A stretch of DNA of 64,000 bases, from contig JBBRYS010000010.1 of assembly GCA_038237475.1 (NCBI GenBank), positions 130,465 through 194,464 of the forward strand, written 5' to 3'. Below, piece by piece: positions 27,801 to 36,717 of the stretch. A program made the translations under genes and the position numbers. Origin of the DNA: Pyrinomonadales bacterium. GTDB lineage: Bacteria > Acidobacteriota > Blastocatellia > Pyrinomonadales > Pyrinomonadaceae. Position 1 is the first letter of the stretch. Each line of letters begins with the position of its first letter. The notes beneath the pieces were generated by a model. That model made no database searches. It was not told the origin of the DNA and saw only the letters and a program-made list of their open reading frames with translations.

Positions 27801-28291
27801 GGCAGTTGACGAATCTGTGTGCCACTAACAACGTTGGATAGCTCCTGCGACTGAGTGTTGACCTCAATTCCTTCGCTGGCCACGACGTTGATGGTGCCGC
27901 CGCTAACTTCAGTCAGAGACAGCGGTGATTCCAGCGAGACTCTGGAACCAACCGTTATCTGCACTCGCTGGGTCAAGGGCTTGAAACTACTGCCCTGAGT
28001 AGTGACGTCGTATAATCCCGGCTGCAGCGAGCTGATTGTATAGAGGCCCTGGTTGTCAGAAGTGGCCGTCGCCTCGCGTCCTGTTTGCACGGACTTCACC
28101 GAAACCGTAGCTCCGGCGACAACGGCCCCATTCGGATCGGTGACTTTGCCGGAGAGTTGGCCGGTTTCAGTCTGGGCCATGACTGAACCGACTAACATCG
28201 CCAGAACCAGAAGTCCAAAGCCGAGTCGGCCGGCGCCGTTGCGAAATTGCCTAGGTGTGGTTTTTGTCATATTCATTCCTTTCTTGATCAT
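24866..28291 (-). CDS. TonB-dependent receptor with carboxypeptidase-regulatory-like N-terminal domain
   Basis: The 1141-aa ORF has a signal-like LGFGLLVLAMLVGSVMAQ and the segment GKVTDPNGAVVAGATVSVKS. It has a plug motif (IRQLPTLTRNPYDLV) and a terminal LAVKFSF. Alternative ATGs lie at 28276 and 28270. Confidence 0.9.
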   Translation of the reverse strand: MIKKGMNMTKTTPRQFRNGAGRLGFGLLVLAMLVGSVMAQTETGQLSGKVTDPNGAVVAGATVSVKSVQTGREATATSDNQGLYTISSLQPGLYDVTTQGSSFKPLTQRVQITVGSRVSLESPLSLTEVSGGTINVVASEGIEVNTQSQELSNVVSGTQIRQLPTLTRNPYDLVGLSSNVGSDDPGAAVPGIGATGRGAGFTINGQRAASTNVLLDGVDNTNLYYAAVGQNIPLDAVGEFRVITSNFSAEYGRASGGVINVTTRGGSNSFHGSAFEFNRISRLASNGYNNNANGVARGVFTRNQFGYTIGGPVVKNKLFFFNSIEWTKVRSTGPVLSVVPTAQLIAASAAATRNYFSQFHLAARPTGTVYTVGDVTNQLIPAGSQAGNAFVGLPASLPAFQLVQFDTPVNLGGGAPQDSYSMASRIDYNFSNKTSLYGRWARESIKNPIGSSGFSPYQGFSTPFTQLRNNFIVSMSHTFSPKFISDTKLAFNRLVEDSPYGEQPIGPGLFMFPGTTGTIGGQPITFPGYWPYNAANSPVGFAGAQNMGQVYQDFSLTRGRHQLKFGGVVYYIQDNRFFGAYQNAVESLSSTQNNYAQSLDNFVNGSVQQFQAAIFPQGKFPGQSVTLPVGPPDFTRSNRYREWGAYVNDSWRFNNRLVLNLGMRYEYYGVQHNKNPNLDSNFYFGSGSTIQEQIQNGSVQIAKNSPVGGLWKPDKNNFAPRVGFAWDVFGNGKTSIRGGYGLAYERNFGNVTFNVIQNPPNYLVLSLQKGVDVPTLPITSSNFGPLSGNTPPTKLIPRGSLRHVRQDITNAYAHFWSAALQHELFGGGNVLSVEYSGSAGRSLYSINTYNQPGAGAFYLGKADPNARLNSQYSGINARGNDGYSNYNALIVNFDANNFRRQGIQLTAHYTYAVNKDNLSTTFSEAAFTGNLGLTNPFNPGLDYGYSDADVRHRFVSSVIWDVPLAKQATGWSKQVLGGWQVTGIFNTRTGTPFTIYDSTNALLSSPRLVPNGAVSVNVTPGAQANFFNYINLTGQPVGAFINPICGCSDFGPYPANMTKRNQFRGPGIWNVDAGLYKNFKIGENKSLQLRGEMFNALNHANLYVLVGTTDVANGTVGATKGLTPNGNLERRNVQLAVKFSF

Positions 28292-28657
28292 TAGTTTCCC
28301 GCGACAAGAACAGTCTGTTGAGTAACCCGCATATGATGACTACTCATCTGCTTGTCATACCGCTGAAGTGGCGAAGAGGTTGAGCGGCTTGTCGGACCAG
28401 CGCAGCTTTCCGCTTTTTCGTAAGTACCGACACGCGCCTTCTCTTCCCGTTGTAACTAAGCGCAAGGTGCATGCCGCCAAGCGCCAGTCGGATCCTTTCT
28501 GAATGGACCGCAGTCTCTTCGGCCCTCGCTGAGATGAATAGTTTCACTTCTAACTTCTCTCTTTTGGATTTCCCGGTCTTGTAATCTTGATGGTTTTGGA
28601 TTTTCAGGCTGAGAGATTGAAGTTAAGGTCCAGCCCGCTTCCAATTTGTCGTACTAA

Positions 28658-29593
28658 TCAGTGTGTCTTGCTCCTGGGGTTGGCCCATGACGGCAGGGAG
28701 GGTTCCGCGATAGACGCATACTGGATGGAGTTGGATGGTGGGGTCGCCTTCGACCTGGCCAGCGCCTGAGTAGAATCGATCTCACTCTCCATCTTGATCT
28801 GCTGGCGGCACACCTTGATCACACGCAGCGTGTTCTCCCTGCTGACACTGGAATCGTGGCCGTCATCGGGCAGGATAAACTTTCCGTTTGCGCCGCGAAT
28901 GAGGTGGCCCATCTCATGCAGCAGAATTGTCACGCGAGCTTCTCTGGTGTTCGCATCAAACTCGCCGATCCGTTGATAAGACATGTCGAGCGGAGAAAGC
29001 CGGGCTTTAAAGAAAGAACCATCGGCGTTGAGTACCGCGTGTTCGAAAAGACGGTAAGAAATACCCGTGGTATTGTTCGTGACGCTTACGGTTACCCCAA
29101 ACATTCGCAGGCCGACGGCGCGATCGAGATAGGAAATCTTTAACTGAAGTTTCAACTCATTCAGCGCTTCGATCGCGCGCGACCCGCCATAGAACCTGCT
29201 GCAGTCGTTGTCTTCACGCAGGATGTTGAAAACGTCCAGGTAGGCCTGGTCCAGCGGTGTCAGCTTGTCAGCCGGGGGCAGATCGAGAACGTTTAGCAAC
29301 TCCGACTTATAGGCACGGACTCGTTCGGCCGCCGCCTTGTCCAGGGTTGCGTTTTCAGGTAATTCACTCCTGACAATCGTTCTGCTGCCGTCCCCGAGAG
29401 TTGTAGTTGCCGCCGCTTCAACCAGCGGGTCCGATTGAGTAGCCGTAGCAGTTTGGTTGTTGCCAATTGAGCTGGGGGTCCGCCCTGCGACGCCACCCTG
29501 TGGCGCTCGAGTTTCAGCGAGGGCAAGCAGATAATTCAGAGCGATGATGCTCGTCAGAATACTTACTAAGCGGTAATGCCGACCGTGTAACAT
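28658..29593 (-). CDS. hypothetical secreted protein with HExxH zinc-metalloprotease motif
   Basis: The 311-aa ORF has an N-terminal hydrophobic segment LVSILTSIIALNYLLALA and a single VTILLHEMGHLIRG motif. I recognise no other family. Confidence 0.6.
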   Translation of the reverse strand: MLHGRHYRLVSILTSIIALNYLLALAETRAPQGGVAGRTPSSIGNNQTATATQSDPLVEAAATTTLGDGSRTIVRSELPENATLDKAAAERVRAYKSELLNVLDLPPADKLTPLDQAYLDVFNILREDNDCSRFYGGSRAIEALNELKLQLKISYLDRAVGLRMFGVTVSVTNNTTGISYRLFEHAVLNADGSFFKARLSPLDMSYQRIGEFDANTREARVTILLHEMGHLIRGANGKFILPDDGHDSSVSRENTLRVIKVCRQQIKMESEIDSTQALARSKATPPSNSIQYASIAEPSLPSWANPRSKTH

Positions 29594-29968
29594 GACTCAC
29601 CTCCGTTGCCAGACCGATAGCCAGTGACGGCTGATTCGTCTTTATTTCTCGACCCGAGATTGCAAATCTCAGACAGTCGAGCTGCGATGTTTTCCTATCG
29701 AGCAACGTAGGACTGACATTACGAATCAAGCTGGACCCACAGCGAGGCTTTGTGACAAGTGGGCGACAGAGTGTGATGGAATGGCTTGACAGCTGCGCAG
29801 AGTGTCAATTGAGTTTGACCGGTGCGGTCTCTGGGTTCAGATTAGCGGGCCATTCTATTCCGAGATAATGGTGAAATTCTACGAGTAAGGGTTTGTCCGG
29901 GGAGCGCTTTCAGTTTGTGTCCACAACGCTGTAGACTTGCACTGTCAAATAATCGGCAGGAGGAAATT

Positions 29969-30337
29969 ATGAAACGCTATTCACTCTTTCTCATTATGAT
30001 AATCGCGTTGAGCGGAGCCTTCACAAGAACGTCGGCCGGTGTGCAGGACCGCGAGGCAAAAAAGACGGCCGCTCAGGAAAAGCTGCAGCGCGCAGCTAAA
30101 ATCTCGATCGAGCAGGCGCGTGAAACTGCCCTCAAGCGCGCGCCAGGCACCGTCGAGGAGGGTGAACTTGAAAGAGAGCACGGCAAACTGGTCTATTCGT
30201 TCGATATACGGAACGCCAAGGGCACGATTACCGAGGTGCAGGTCAGTGCCATTTCCGGCAAAGTAGTGCGCATCGAACACGAAAGCAAAGCTCAGGAAGC
30301 TGCTGAGAAGCGCAAGGACGCGAAACAAAAACCGTAA
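29969..30337 (+). CDS. PepSY domain-containing secreted protein
   Basis: ATG at 29969 gives the signal peptide MKRYSLFLIMIIALSGAFT. The segment ISIEQARETALKRAPGTVEEGELEREHGKLVYSFDIRNAKGTITEVQVSAISGKVV is a typical PepSY fold signature. Confidence 0.75.
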   Translation: MKRYSLFLIMIIALSGAFTRTSAGVQDREAKKTAAQEKLQRAAKISIEQARETALKRAPGTVEEGELEREHGKLVYSFDIRNAKGTITEVQVSAISGKVVRIEHESKAQEAAEKRKDAKQKP

Positions 30338-30459
30338 GCCCACACTCAAGAGGGAGCCCTACGCCTGGACTCTGGCGTATTAACAGGCAGGATGGCTGGG
30401 TCTCCTGTGTTAGACTGCGTTTTCCCCTTTGGAAAATGTCATCGGAAAATTGCTGACTG

Positions 30460-32085
30460 ATGAGTAGGCCTGTGGTCAATCGCGCCTGCCGCGTCCAAAA
30501 ACCAGGATTGCAAAGACGAAGCAAGGCGCTGTTGATTGTCTTGTTGGTCTGGTCCTGTTTGTCATTGACCCCGAGGATTGGCCAAAGCCAGCAACCTTCC
30601 ACCGCCGGTAATTCGACCAGCCCCAACCCTCCGGCTCCGTCGTCAGCGGCAAAACCAACTCCGCCACCACAGATTCCGACAAGAACTCCTGGTCCAGCTT
30701 CGGTGACCCCGACTCCAGCCACGGCGACTCCAACGCCGCAGTCGACTCCGTTTGCAGGACCTGCACTTCCCGGGCCCGCACCGATCAGTTCGAGCACACT
30801 AAAAGCCACCGCTTCACCAACGGCAAATGCAGCACCGGCCGCGCAGTCCATGTCGCCACTGATACTGGCCGAGGCATTGCGACTGGCAAACGGAGTGGCT
30901 TCAAGTTTTCAACAGGCTACTCTGAATGAACAGCTGGCAGCCGAGGATGTAAAGCAAGCGAAGGCTGCATATCTGCCAAAGGTCAGCGCGCCCTTGAGCT
31001 ACTTGTATACGTCGCCGGCGCTTGGGCTGCCGCCTGGTTCACCGCGCGTACCAAGCTTTCTCGCGAACAATGCCATCAGCGAATATCAGGCCTACTTAAA
31101 TGTGGCCGGTGACATCGACATCGCCGGTCGCTTGCGCGCGACCCTCGAAAAAAATCGTGCCTTGTTAACCGCGGCCCATGCCGGCACCGAAGTGGCACGT
31201 CGTGCTTTGGCGCAGGCTGTGACTGAATCCTATTACGAGCTGTCACTCGCGACCGCGCAACGAGCGGCGGCGGAAGAAACGCTCGCGGCCGCGGAAGAAT
31301 TTGAGCGTGTCACTTCCCTGTTGCTGAGTGGTGGCGAGATCGCTTCAGTCGATCTCACGCGCGCGCAACTACAAACAATTGCCCGCCGCGACGAGTTGGA
31401 GAGAGCTAGAGCCAATGAGGCAGTAGCTGCGGGCTCCCTGCGAGTGCTCGTGGGCTATGACTTTCTGACACCCATCAGCACGACCGAACTGGTGGAGATG
31501 GCTCCCGTGAGTGGTGAGTATCAAAAGTTTCGGGTTGAAGATGTCAGCCGGCGACCTGAGTTGACGCAATTTGAAGCACAACTACGCGCCGCGAGACAGG
31601 AAACTCGCATCGCCAGGGCCGATCGCTTACCGCAACTTTCCTATTCCATTCTGGGTGGCTTTGATACGGACTCGCTCAGGCCACAGCCTCTCAAGGAGCA
31701 TACTGGGGTCGCCGGCGCAGTTTCGTTGACCATACCGATCTTTGACTGGGGCGCGACCCGCAGCAAAGAAAACCAGGCCCGGCTGAGGGCGCAGATCGCT
31801 GAGAACGAATCTACCTTGGCGCTGCGCGGTTTCACGCAACAGTTTTATGCAGCTCAATCACAGGCTGCATCGGCTGCCGCGCGCATCCGCCTGGCCGAAA
31901 CCGGAGTAACTCGAGCGCGCAGCAACCTCGACGCGTCGATCGCGCGGTATCGCGCGGGCGAAGCTCAAGTCATAGAGGTCACCGACGCGCTGACTACTTT
32001 GGCAGCGCAACGGGGGGCACTGTATCAGGCGATCTTTGATTACCAGACCGCGCTGGCGCGGCTGCAACAGGCGACCGGACAATGA
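30460..32085 (+). CDS. TolC-family outer membrane efflux protein with Pro/Thr/Ala-rich N-terminal linker
   Basis: The 541-aa ORF has a low-complexity region, PNPPAPSSAAKPTPPPQIPTRTPGPASVTPTPATATPTPQ. Two OEP repeats follow (LNEQLAAEDVKQAKAAYLPKV..., YQTALARLQQATG). Confidence 0.85.
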   Translation: MSRPVVNRACRVQKPGLQRRSKALLIVLLVWSCLSLTPRIGQSQQPSTAGNSTSPNPPAPSSAAKPTPPPQIPTRTPGPASVTPTPATATPTPQSTPFAGPALPGPAPISSSTLKATASPTANAAPAAQSMSPLILAEALRLANGVASSFQQATLNEQLAAEDVKQAKAAYLPKVSAPLSYLYTSPALGLPPGSPRVPSFLANNAISEYQAYLNVAGDIDIAGRLRATLEKNRALLTAAHAGTEVARRALAQAVTESYYELSLATAQRAAAEETLAAAEEFERVTSLLLSGGEIASVDLTRAQLQTIARRDELERARANEAVAAGSLRVLVGYDFLTPISTTELVEMAPVSGEYQKFRVEDVSRRPELTQFEAQLRAARQETRIARADRLPQLSYSILGGFDTDSLRPQPLKEHTGVAGAVSLTIPIFDWGATRSKENQARLRAQIAENESTLALRGFTQQFYAAQSQAASAAARIRLAETGVTRARSNLDASIARYRAGEAQVIEVTDALTTLAAQRGALYQAIFDYQTALARLQQATGQ

Positions 32086-33485
32086 ACCGAGAAAACGACT
32101 TCAACAAAGAGAGCGAGGAAACACCCGGCCGTGATGAGGTGGTCACTGTCGAGGAACACTCCTTCACGCAGCGATCTGGATCTATGACTCCAAGGCAACG
32201 GCAGATCCTGATCGTGACGGCGGTGCTGGCCATGGTCGTTTTGATTGCGATCGGAATTCTTATCTGGCGCTGGAAGCACGGCGCCGAAGCCGATAAGGAA
32301 GTCGAACCCATCGTCAGTGTGAAGGTCGCCAAAGCTGAAAAAGAGACGATCGCCGCGCCGGTGATAGCTGTGGGCACAATCTTTCCGCGTGAAAAAGCTG
32401 AAGTCGCGGCCAAGATCAGCGCACAAATCAAACAGATGGCGCTCTTAAAAAACAAGGTCGTCAAGGCCGGAGAAGTGATCGCACGGCTTGAGTCGCGGGA
32501 TCTGCAGGCCCAGCGCGCCGAAGCCGTCGCTGCATTGAATCAGGAACTCGCCAGTGAGCGCAGTGTGGTGACGGGGACGATTCCGCAGACGAACGCGCAG
32601 GATGAGAAAGCCGTTCGCGACGCTGGCGCCAAAGTGAACACTTTAAGAGCGCTCTACGAACGACGCCTCGCGCTTTACCAGAAAGGCGGTATCTCGAAAA
32701 AAGATCTCGAGGCTTCCCAATTCGATCTAACGACAGCTGAAAATGAATTGCGTCTTGCGGAGCAAACTGTTGCACTGCGGGCCAGGTCACTTAATCCAAA
32801 CGATCGCGCCCTGGCAACTGCCAAGGTGCAGGCCGCACAACAGCGCGTGGCCACTCTCGATGCGCAACTGAGCTACGCTACCATTCGCGCGCCGATCACC
32901 GGTATCGTCACAGATCAATTTCAATACGAAGGGGAGTTTGCTGCCGCCGGCGCGAAGCTTGTGACTATCGCGGACATCAGCGAAGTGATCGTCAAAGCGC
33001 CGTTCGCCGATACCGTAGTAGCTCAACTAAAAGTCGGAGACTCAGCCAGCGTGCTGCCCACCGATTCTTCCGCTGCAGAGATGAAAGGTCAGGTGACGTT
33101 GCTCAGCCGTTCGAGTGACCCTGCCAATCGCACTGTCGAAGTGTGGGTGACGCTGGCTAACGGCGCGGGACTCTTGCGGGCCAACGGCGCAGCTCAGGTG
33201 ACCATTGCAGCCAATTCGAAAGATGATGCGATTGTGGTGCCGGCGGCCGCTGTAACACTCGAAGCGAGCAACGCCAACGAAGGGACGGTGATGGTGGTGG
33301 GGGCTGACTCAATTGCGCATGAGACCAGGGTCACCATCGGCATTCGGACGAACGATAGGATTGAGATTGCCGAAGGATTAAAAGGCGGCGAGATCGTTGT
33401 GATTGAAGGAAACTTTGCCCTCGCGGATGGGACGAAGGTTGAGATCGCCAAAGAGGAAGAGAAAAAAGCGGGCGAGGAAAAGTGA
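32082..33485 (+). CDS. efflux RND transporter periplasmic adaptor (membrane fusion protein)
   Basis: ATGA overlap with the tolC-like stop. It has a TM anchor and coiled-coil hairpin region, with motifs LSYATIRAPITGIVT and IEIAEGLKGGEIVVIEG. Confidence 0.88.
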   Translation: MNRENDFNKESEETPGRDEVVTVEEHSFTQRSGSMTPRQRQILIVTAVLAMVVLIAIGILIWRWKHGAEADKEVEPIVSVKVAKAEKETIAAPVIAVGTIFPREKAEVAAKISAQIKQMALLKNKVVKAGEVIARLESRDLQAQRAEAVAALNQELASERSVVTGTIPQTNAQDEKAVRDAGAKVNTLRALYERRLALYQKGGISKKDLEASQFDLTTAENELRLAEQTVALRARSLNPNDRALATAKVQAAQQRVATLDAQLSYATIRAPITGIVTDQFQYEGEFAAAGAKLVTIADISEVIVKAPFADTVVAQLKVGDSASVLPTDSSAAEMKGQVTLLSRSSDPANRTVEVWVTLANGAGLLRANGAAQVTIAANSKDDAIVVPAAAVTLEASNANEGTVMVVGADSIAHETRVTIGIRTNDRIEIAEGLKGGEIVVIEGNFALADGTKVEIAKEEEKKAGEEK

Positions 33486-33516
33486 TGACATCCAGCCGCC
33501 GGCGCAGTTCAAACAA

Positions 33517-36500
33517 ATGAATCTCGCCAGTTTCATCTCCAACCAATCGCGCGCGGTGCTGGTGCTGGTCGCACTGCTCTGCGCCAGCGGACTCTACGCT
33601 GCCTGGCAACTACCAATCGCAATTTTCCCCTCCACTGATTTTCCGCGAGTCGTCATTATTGTCGATAACGGTGTGGCACCGGCCACGCAGACACTTGTTT
33701 CGGTGACACGCCCGATCGAAGAGGCGATGAATGGCGTTCCGGGTATTCAACGCATTCTCTCCAAAACCTCACGCGGTTCCTCCGAAGTAAGTCTCTTCTT
33801 CAACTGGAATGTCGATATCGTCCAATCGCTGCAATTGGTCCAGGCGCGGCTTTCTCAGTTGGCTTCGACTTTGCCACCGACGGCACGGATCGAACACGTT
33901 GAACGTCTAACCTTCGCAGTTTTTCCAGTCACCGGTTATAGCCTGACGTCGGATTCGCGTGATTTGGCCAATCTGCGCGATATCGCTACCTACACAATTC
34001 GCCCACGTCTGGCGAGACTGCCGGGGATCGCCACAGTGGGTGTTGCCGGCGGCCAGGCTCGAGAATTCCACGTTACAGTGGATCCCGATCGTCTCGTCGC
34101 GCACAACGTCTCACTGCAACAGGTAGTTGATGCGGTCCACAATTCAAACATCATTACGAGTCCGGGCTTAATCGAGGAAAACCATCAGCTCGAACTCGCC
34201 CTTATCAGTGGCCAGGCAAGAAAGCCGGAAGAATTGAATGGCATTGTAGTAGCCACCATAAACAATGCCCCGGTGACACTGGCAGATGTAGCCACCGTCG
34301 GCGAAGGCGTGGAGCCTCAATACACTCTTGTCAGCGCCTATCCCGGTAAACCGGCGGTGCTCTTAAATGTCAATCGCCAACCGGACGCGAACACTGTCGC
34401 GGTCGTAGACGAGGTAAAGGCAGAGCTGGCCGCAATGCGCGGGCAAATCCCAAAAGATATTAAGATCGCGCCCTACTATGACCAGTCGCTGCTGGTGCGT
34501 GAATCGATGAGTTCGGTGCGCGATTCAATCCTGATTGGCCTGCTGCTATCAGTCGTGATTCTCTTCGCCTTCCTGCGAAACTGGGGCACGACTTTTGTCG
34601 CGGTGCTCGTGATTCCGGTGACAATACTGACGACCTTCCTCGCCATGTGGCTGGCTGGTCTCAGCTTCGACCTGATGACGCTGGGTGGAGTGGCAGCGGC
34701 GATAGGTCTCGTAATCGATGACGCCATTGTGGTGGTTGAAAATATTTACACTCACATGGCGCGCGGGCAATCGCGGCGGCAGGCAGTACAAAATGCCATC
34801 TCAGAAATAACGGTGCCGATCATCGGTTCAACCATAACCCCGGTAGTGGTGTTTCTACCTCTTACTTTGCTGACGGGTGTTACGGGAAGTTTCTTCCGGT
34901 CGCTAGCCCTGACGATGGCCGTAGCGCTGCTTACTTCTCTGGTACTCGCGCTCTCTTTCACGCCGGTCCTCGCGGAAAGATTTGTGCGGGCCAAGCGGCG
35001 CAAGCCTACGCCGGCAGATGCGGATCTCAGAAGCGACCAGGAAGCGTTGGCCGACGAGCGAGAGGAAGAAGAGGAGCGCGGACCAGTGCTCGGCGCAATC
35101 ATCGCCCGTTACGAGTGGCTGTTGGGACACGCTCTGGATAATCGCTGGCTGGTACTGGTCATCGTAGCCGCAGTGCTGGCCGGCTCGTACCTGCTCTACC
35201 GGCAACTGGGTTCTGAGTTCTTACCGGAATTCGACGAGAGCGCTTTCATTCTCGATTACTGGGCGCCGCCGGGAGCTTCCCTGGCGGAAACAGATCGGAT
35301 GCTGCACCACGTTGAGAAGCTGCTGGTGGAGACTCCGGAAATTGAAAGCTATTCCCGGCGTACCGGTCTCGAGTTGGGCCTGTTTATCACCGAACCGAAC
35401 CGGGGCGACTTCGCTGTCAAGCTCAAGCCCGGGCACGAACGCGCTACCGAAGAGGTGCTGGCAGAGCTGCGTCAAAAAGTAGCCGCGTCGGAGCCGGCTT
35501 TGGAAGTGGAATTCGTAGGCATCCTCTCGGATGTGATTGGCGATCTGACCAGCTCGCCTGAGCCTATCGAAATAAAATTATTCAGTGAAGACGCTGCCGC
35601 CTTGCACAGCAAAGCCGATGAAATCGAGACGGCGATTAAAAAAGTTTCCGGCGTAGTGGACACAAAGAACGGCGTGATCGTTAGCGGACCCGCGATCACT
35701 TTCAACATTGATCCCCAAAGAGCCTCGCGCTTCGGTGTCACAGCAACCGATGTCGCCGGTACCGTAACCACTGCCATGTCAGGCGACGCCGCGTCTTCAA
35801 TCCTGCAACAGGATCGCCTGATAACGGTGCGAGTAATATTCCCAGCCAACGTGCGATCGTCGCTGGAAAAAGTCCGGGGGCTGCAGGTGAGGTCTGCTTC
35901 AGGGGCGCTGTTTCGCCTGGACCAGGTGGCTGACATCGAATATGACAAGGGCCAGACTGAAATTGAGCGCGACGGCCTGCGTCAGACGGTCGCCGTCAGC
36001 GGACGGCTGGAAGGGAGGGACCTGGGCACGGCCATCGCGGAAATCAAGCAACTGCTGGCCAAAGAAGTGAAACTGCCCCCAGGCATGACAATTGAATATG
36101 CCGGCCTGTATCAGGAGCAGCAGTCCAGTTTTCGTGAACTTGCGATCTCACTCGTGTTGGCAGTCGTGCTTGTCTTCCTGACCCTGCTGATTGAGTTCCG
36201 ATCATTCGCGCATCCCATTGCCATCGTTACCGGAGCGGTCCTCGCGCTGGGTGGCGTTCTCCTGGGCCTGTTCGTTACCGGGACCACGCTCAACGTCGTG
36301 TCGTTGATGGGAATGATTATGATCGTCGGCATCGTGGCCAAGAATGGAATCCTAATGCTTGATGCCGTCGAAGAGCATCTGGCGGCGGGAGACTCGTTGC
36401 GTCAAGCGCTGATGCGTTCGGGCCGGCGGCGATTTCGTCCGGTGTTGATGACGTCGCTCGCAGCGATGCTGGGGATGTTACCGCTGGCGCTGGCAATTGG

Positions 36501-36633
36501 AGCCGGGGCCGAGCTGCTACAGCCGCTTGCTATCGCGGTCATTGGAGGACTGGGGGTGGCGCTGCTCTTATCGTTAATAGTGACCCCTACTGTTTATTCG
36601 CTGTTAACACGAGCGCCGGTAGTGCGGGACTAA
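33517..36633 (+). CDS. efflux RND transporter permease (AcrB/CzcA superfamily)
   Basis: Lies in ORF 33403..36633. ATG at 33517 gives MNLASFISNQSRAVLVLVALL. It has 12-TM architecture and conserved GLVIDDAIVVVENI and IVGIVAKNGILMLD motifs. Confidence 0.92.
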   Translation: MNLASFISNQSRAVLVLVALLCASGLYAAWQLPIAIFPSTDFPRVVIIVDNGVAPATQTLVSVTRPIEEAMNGVPGIQRILSKTSRGSSEVSLFFNWNVDIVQSLQLVQARLSQLASTLPPTARIEHVERLTFAVFPVTGYSLTSDSRDLANLRDIATYTIRPRLARLPGIATVGVAGGQAREFHVTVDPDRLVAHNVSLQQVVDAVHNSNIITSPGLIEENHQLELALISGQARKPEELNGIVVATINNAPVTLADVATVGEGVEPQYTLVSAYPGKPAVLLNVNRQPDANTVAVVDEVKAELAAMRGQIPKDIKIAPYYDQSLLVRESMSSVRDSILIGLLLSVVILFAFLRNWGTTFVAVLVIPVTILTTFLAMWLAGLSFDLMTLGGVAAAIGLVIDDAIVVVENIYTHMARGQSRRQAVQNAISEITVPIIGSTITPVVVFLPLTLLTGVTGSFFRSLALTMAVALLTSLVLALSFTPVLAERFVRAKRRKPTPADADLRSDQEALADEREEEEERGPVLGAIIARYEWLLGHALDNRWLVLVIVAAVLAGSYLLYRQLGSEFLPEFDESAFILDYWAPPGASLAETDRMLHHVEKLLVETPEIESYSRRTGLELGLFITEPNRGDFAVKLKPGHERATEEVLAELRQKVAASEPALEVEFVGILSDVIGDLTSSPEPIEIKLFSEDAAALHSKADEIETAIKKVSGVVDTKNGVIVSGPAITFNIDPQRASRFGVTATDVAGTVTTAMSGDAASSILQQDRLITVRVIFPANVRSSLEKVRGLQVRSASGALFRLDQVADIEYDKGQTEIERDGLRQTVAVSGRLEGRDLGTAIAEIKQLLAKEVKLPPGMTIEYAGLYQEQQSSFRELAISLVLAVVLVFLTLLIEFRSFAHPIAIVTGAVLALGGVLLGLFVTGTTLNVVSLMGMIMIVGIVAKNGILMLDAVEEHLAAGDSLRQALMRSGRRRFRPVLMTSLAAMLGMLPLALAIGAGAELLQPLAIAVIGGLGVALLLSLIVTPTVYSLLTRAPVVRD

Positions 36634-36717
36634 CCTGATTTGGTGCTTTTGTACTTTGTACTTTGATTTTCTGACAGGAGTCTTACTCAAATCCGCGCCT
36701 GTCCGCGTAATCCGCGG

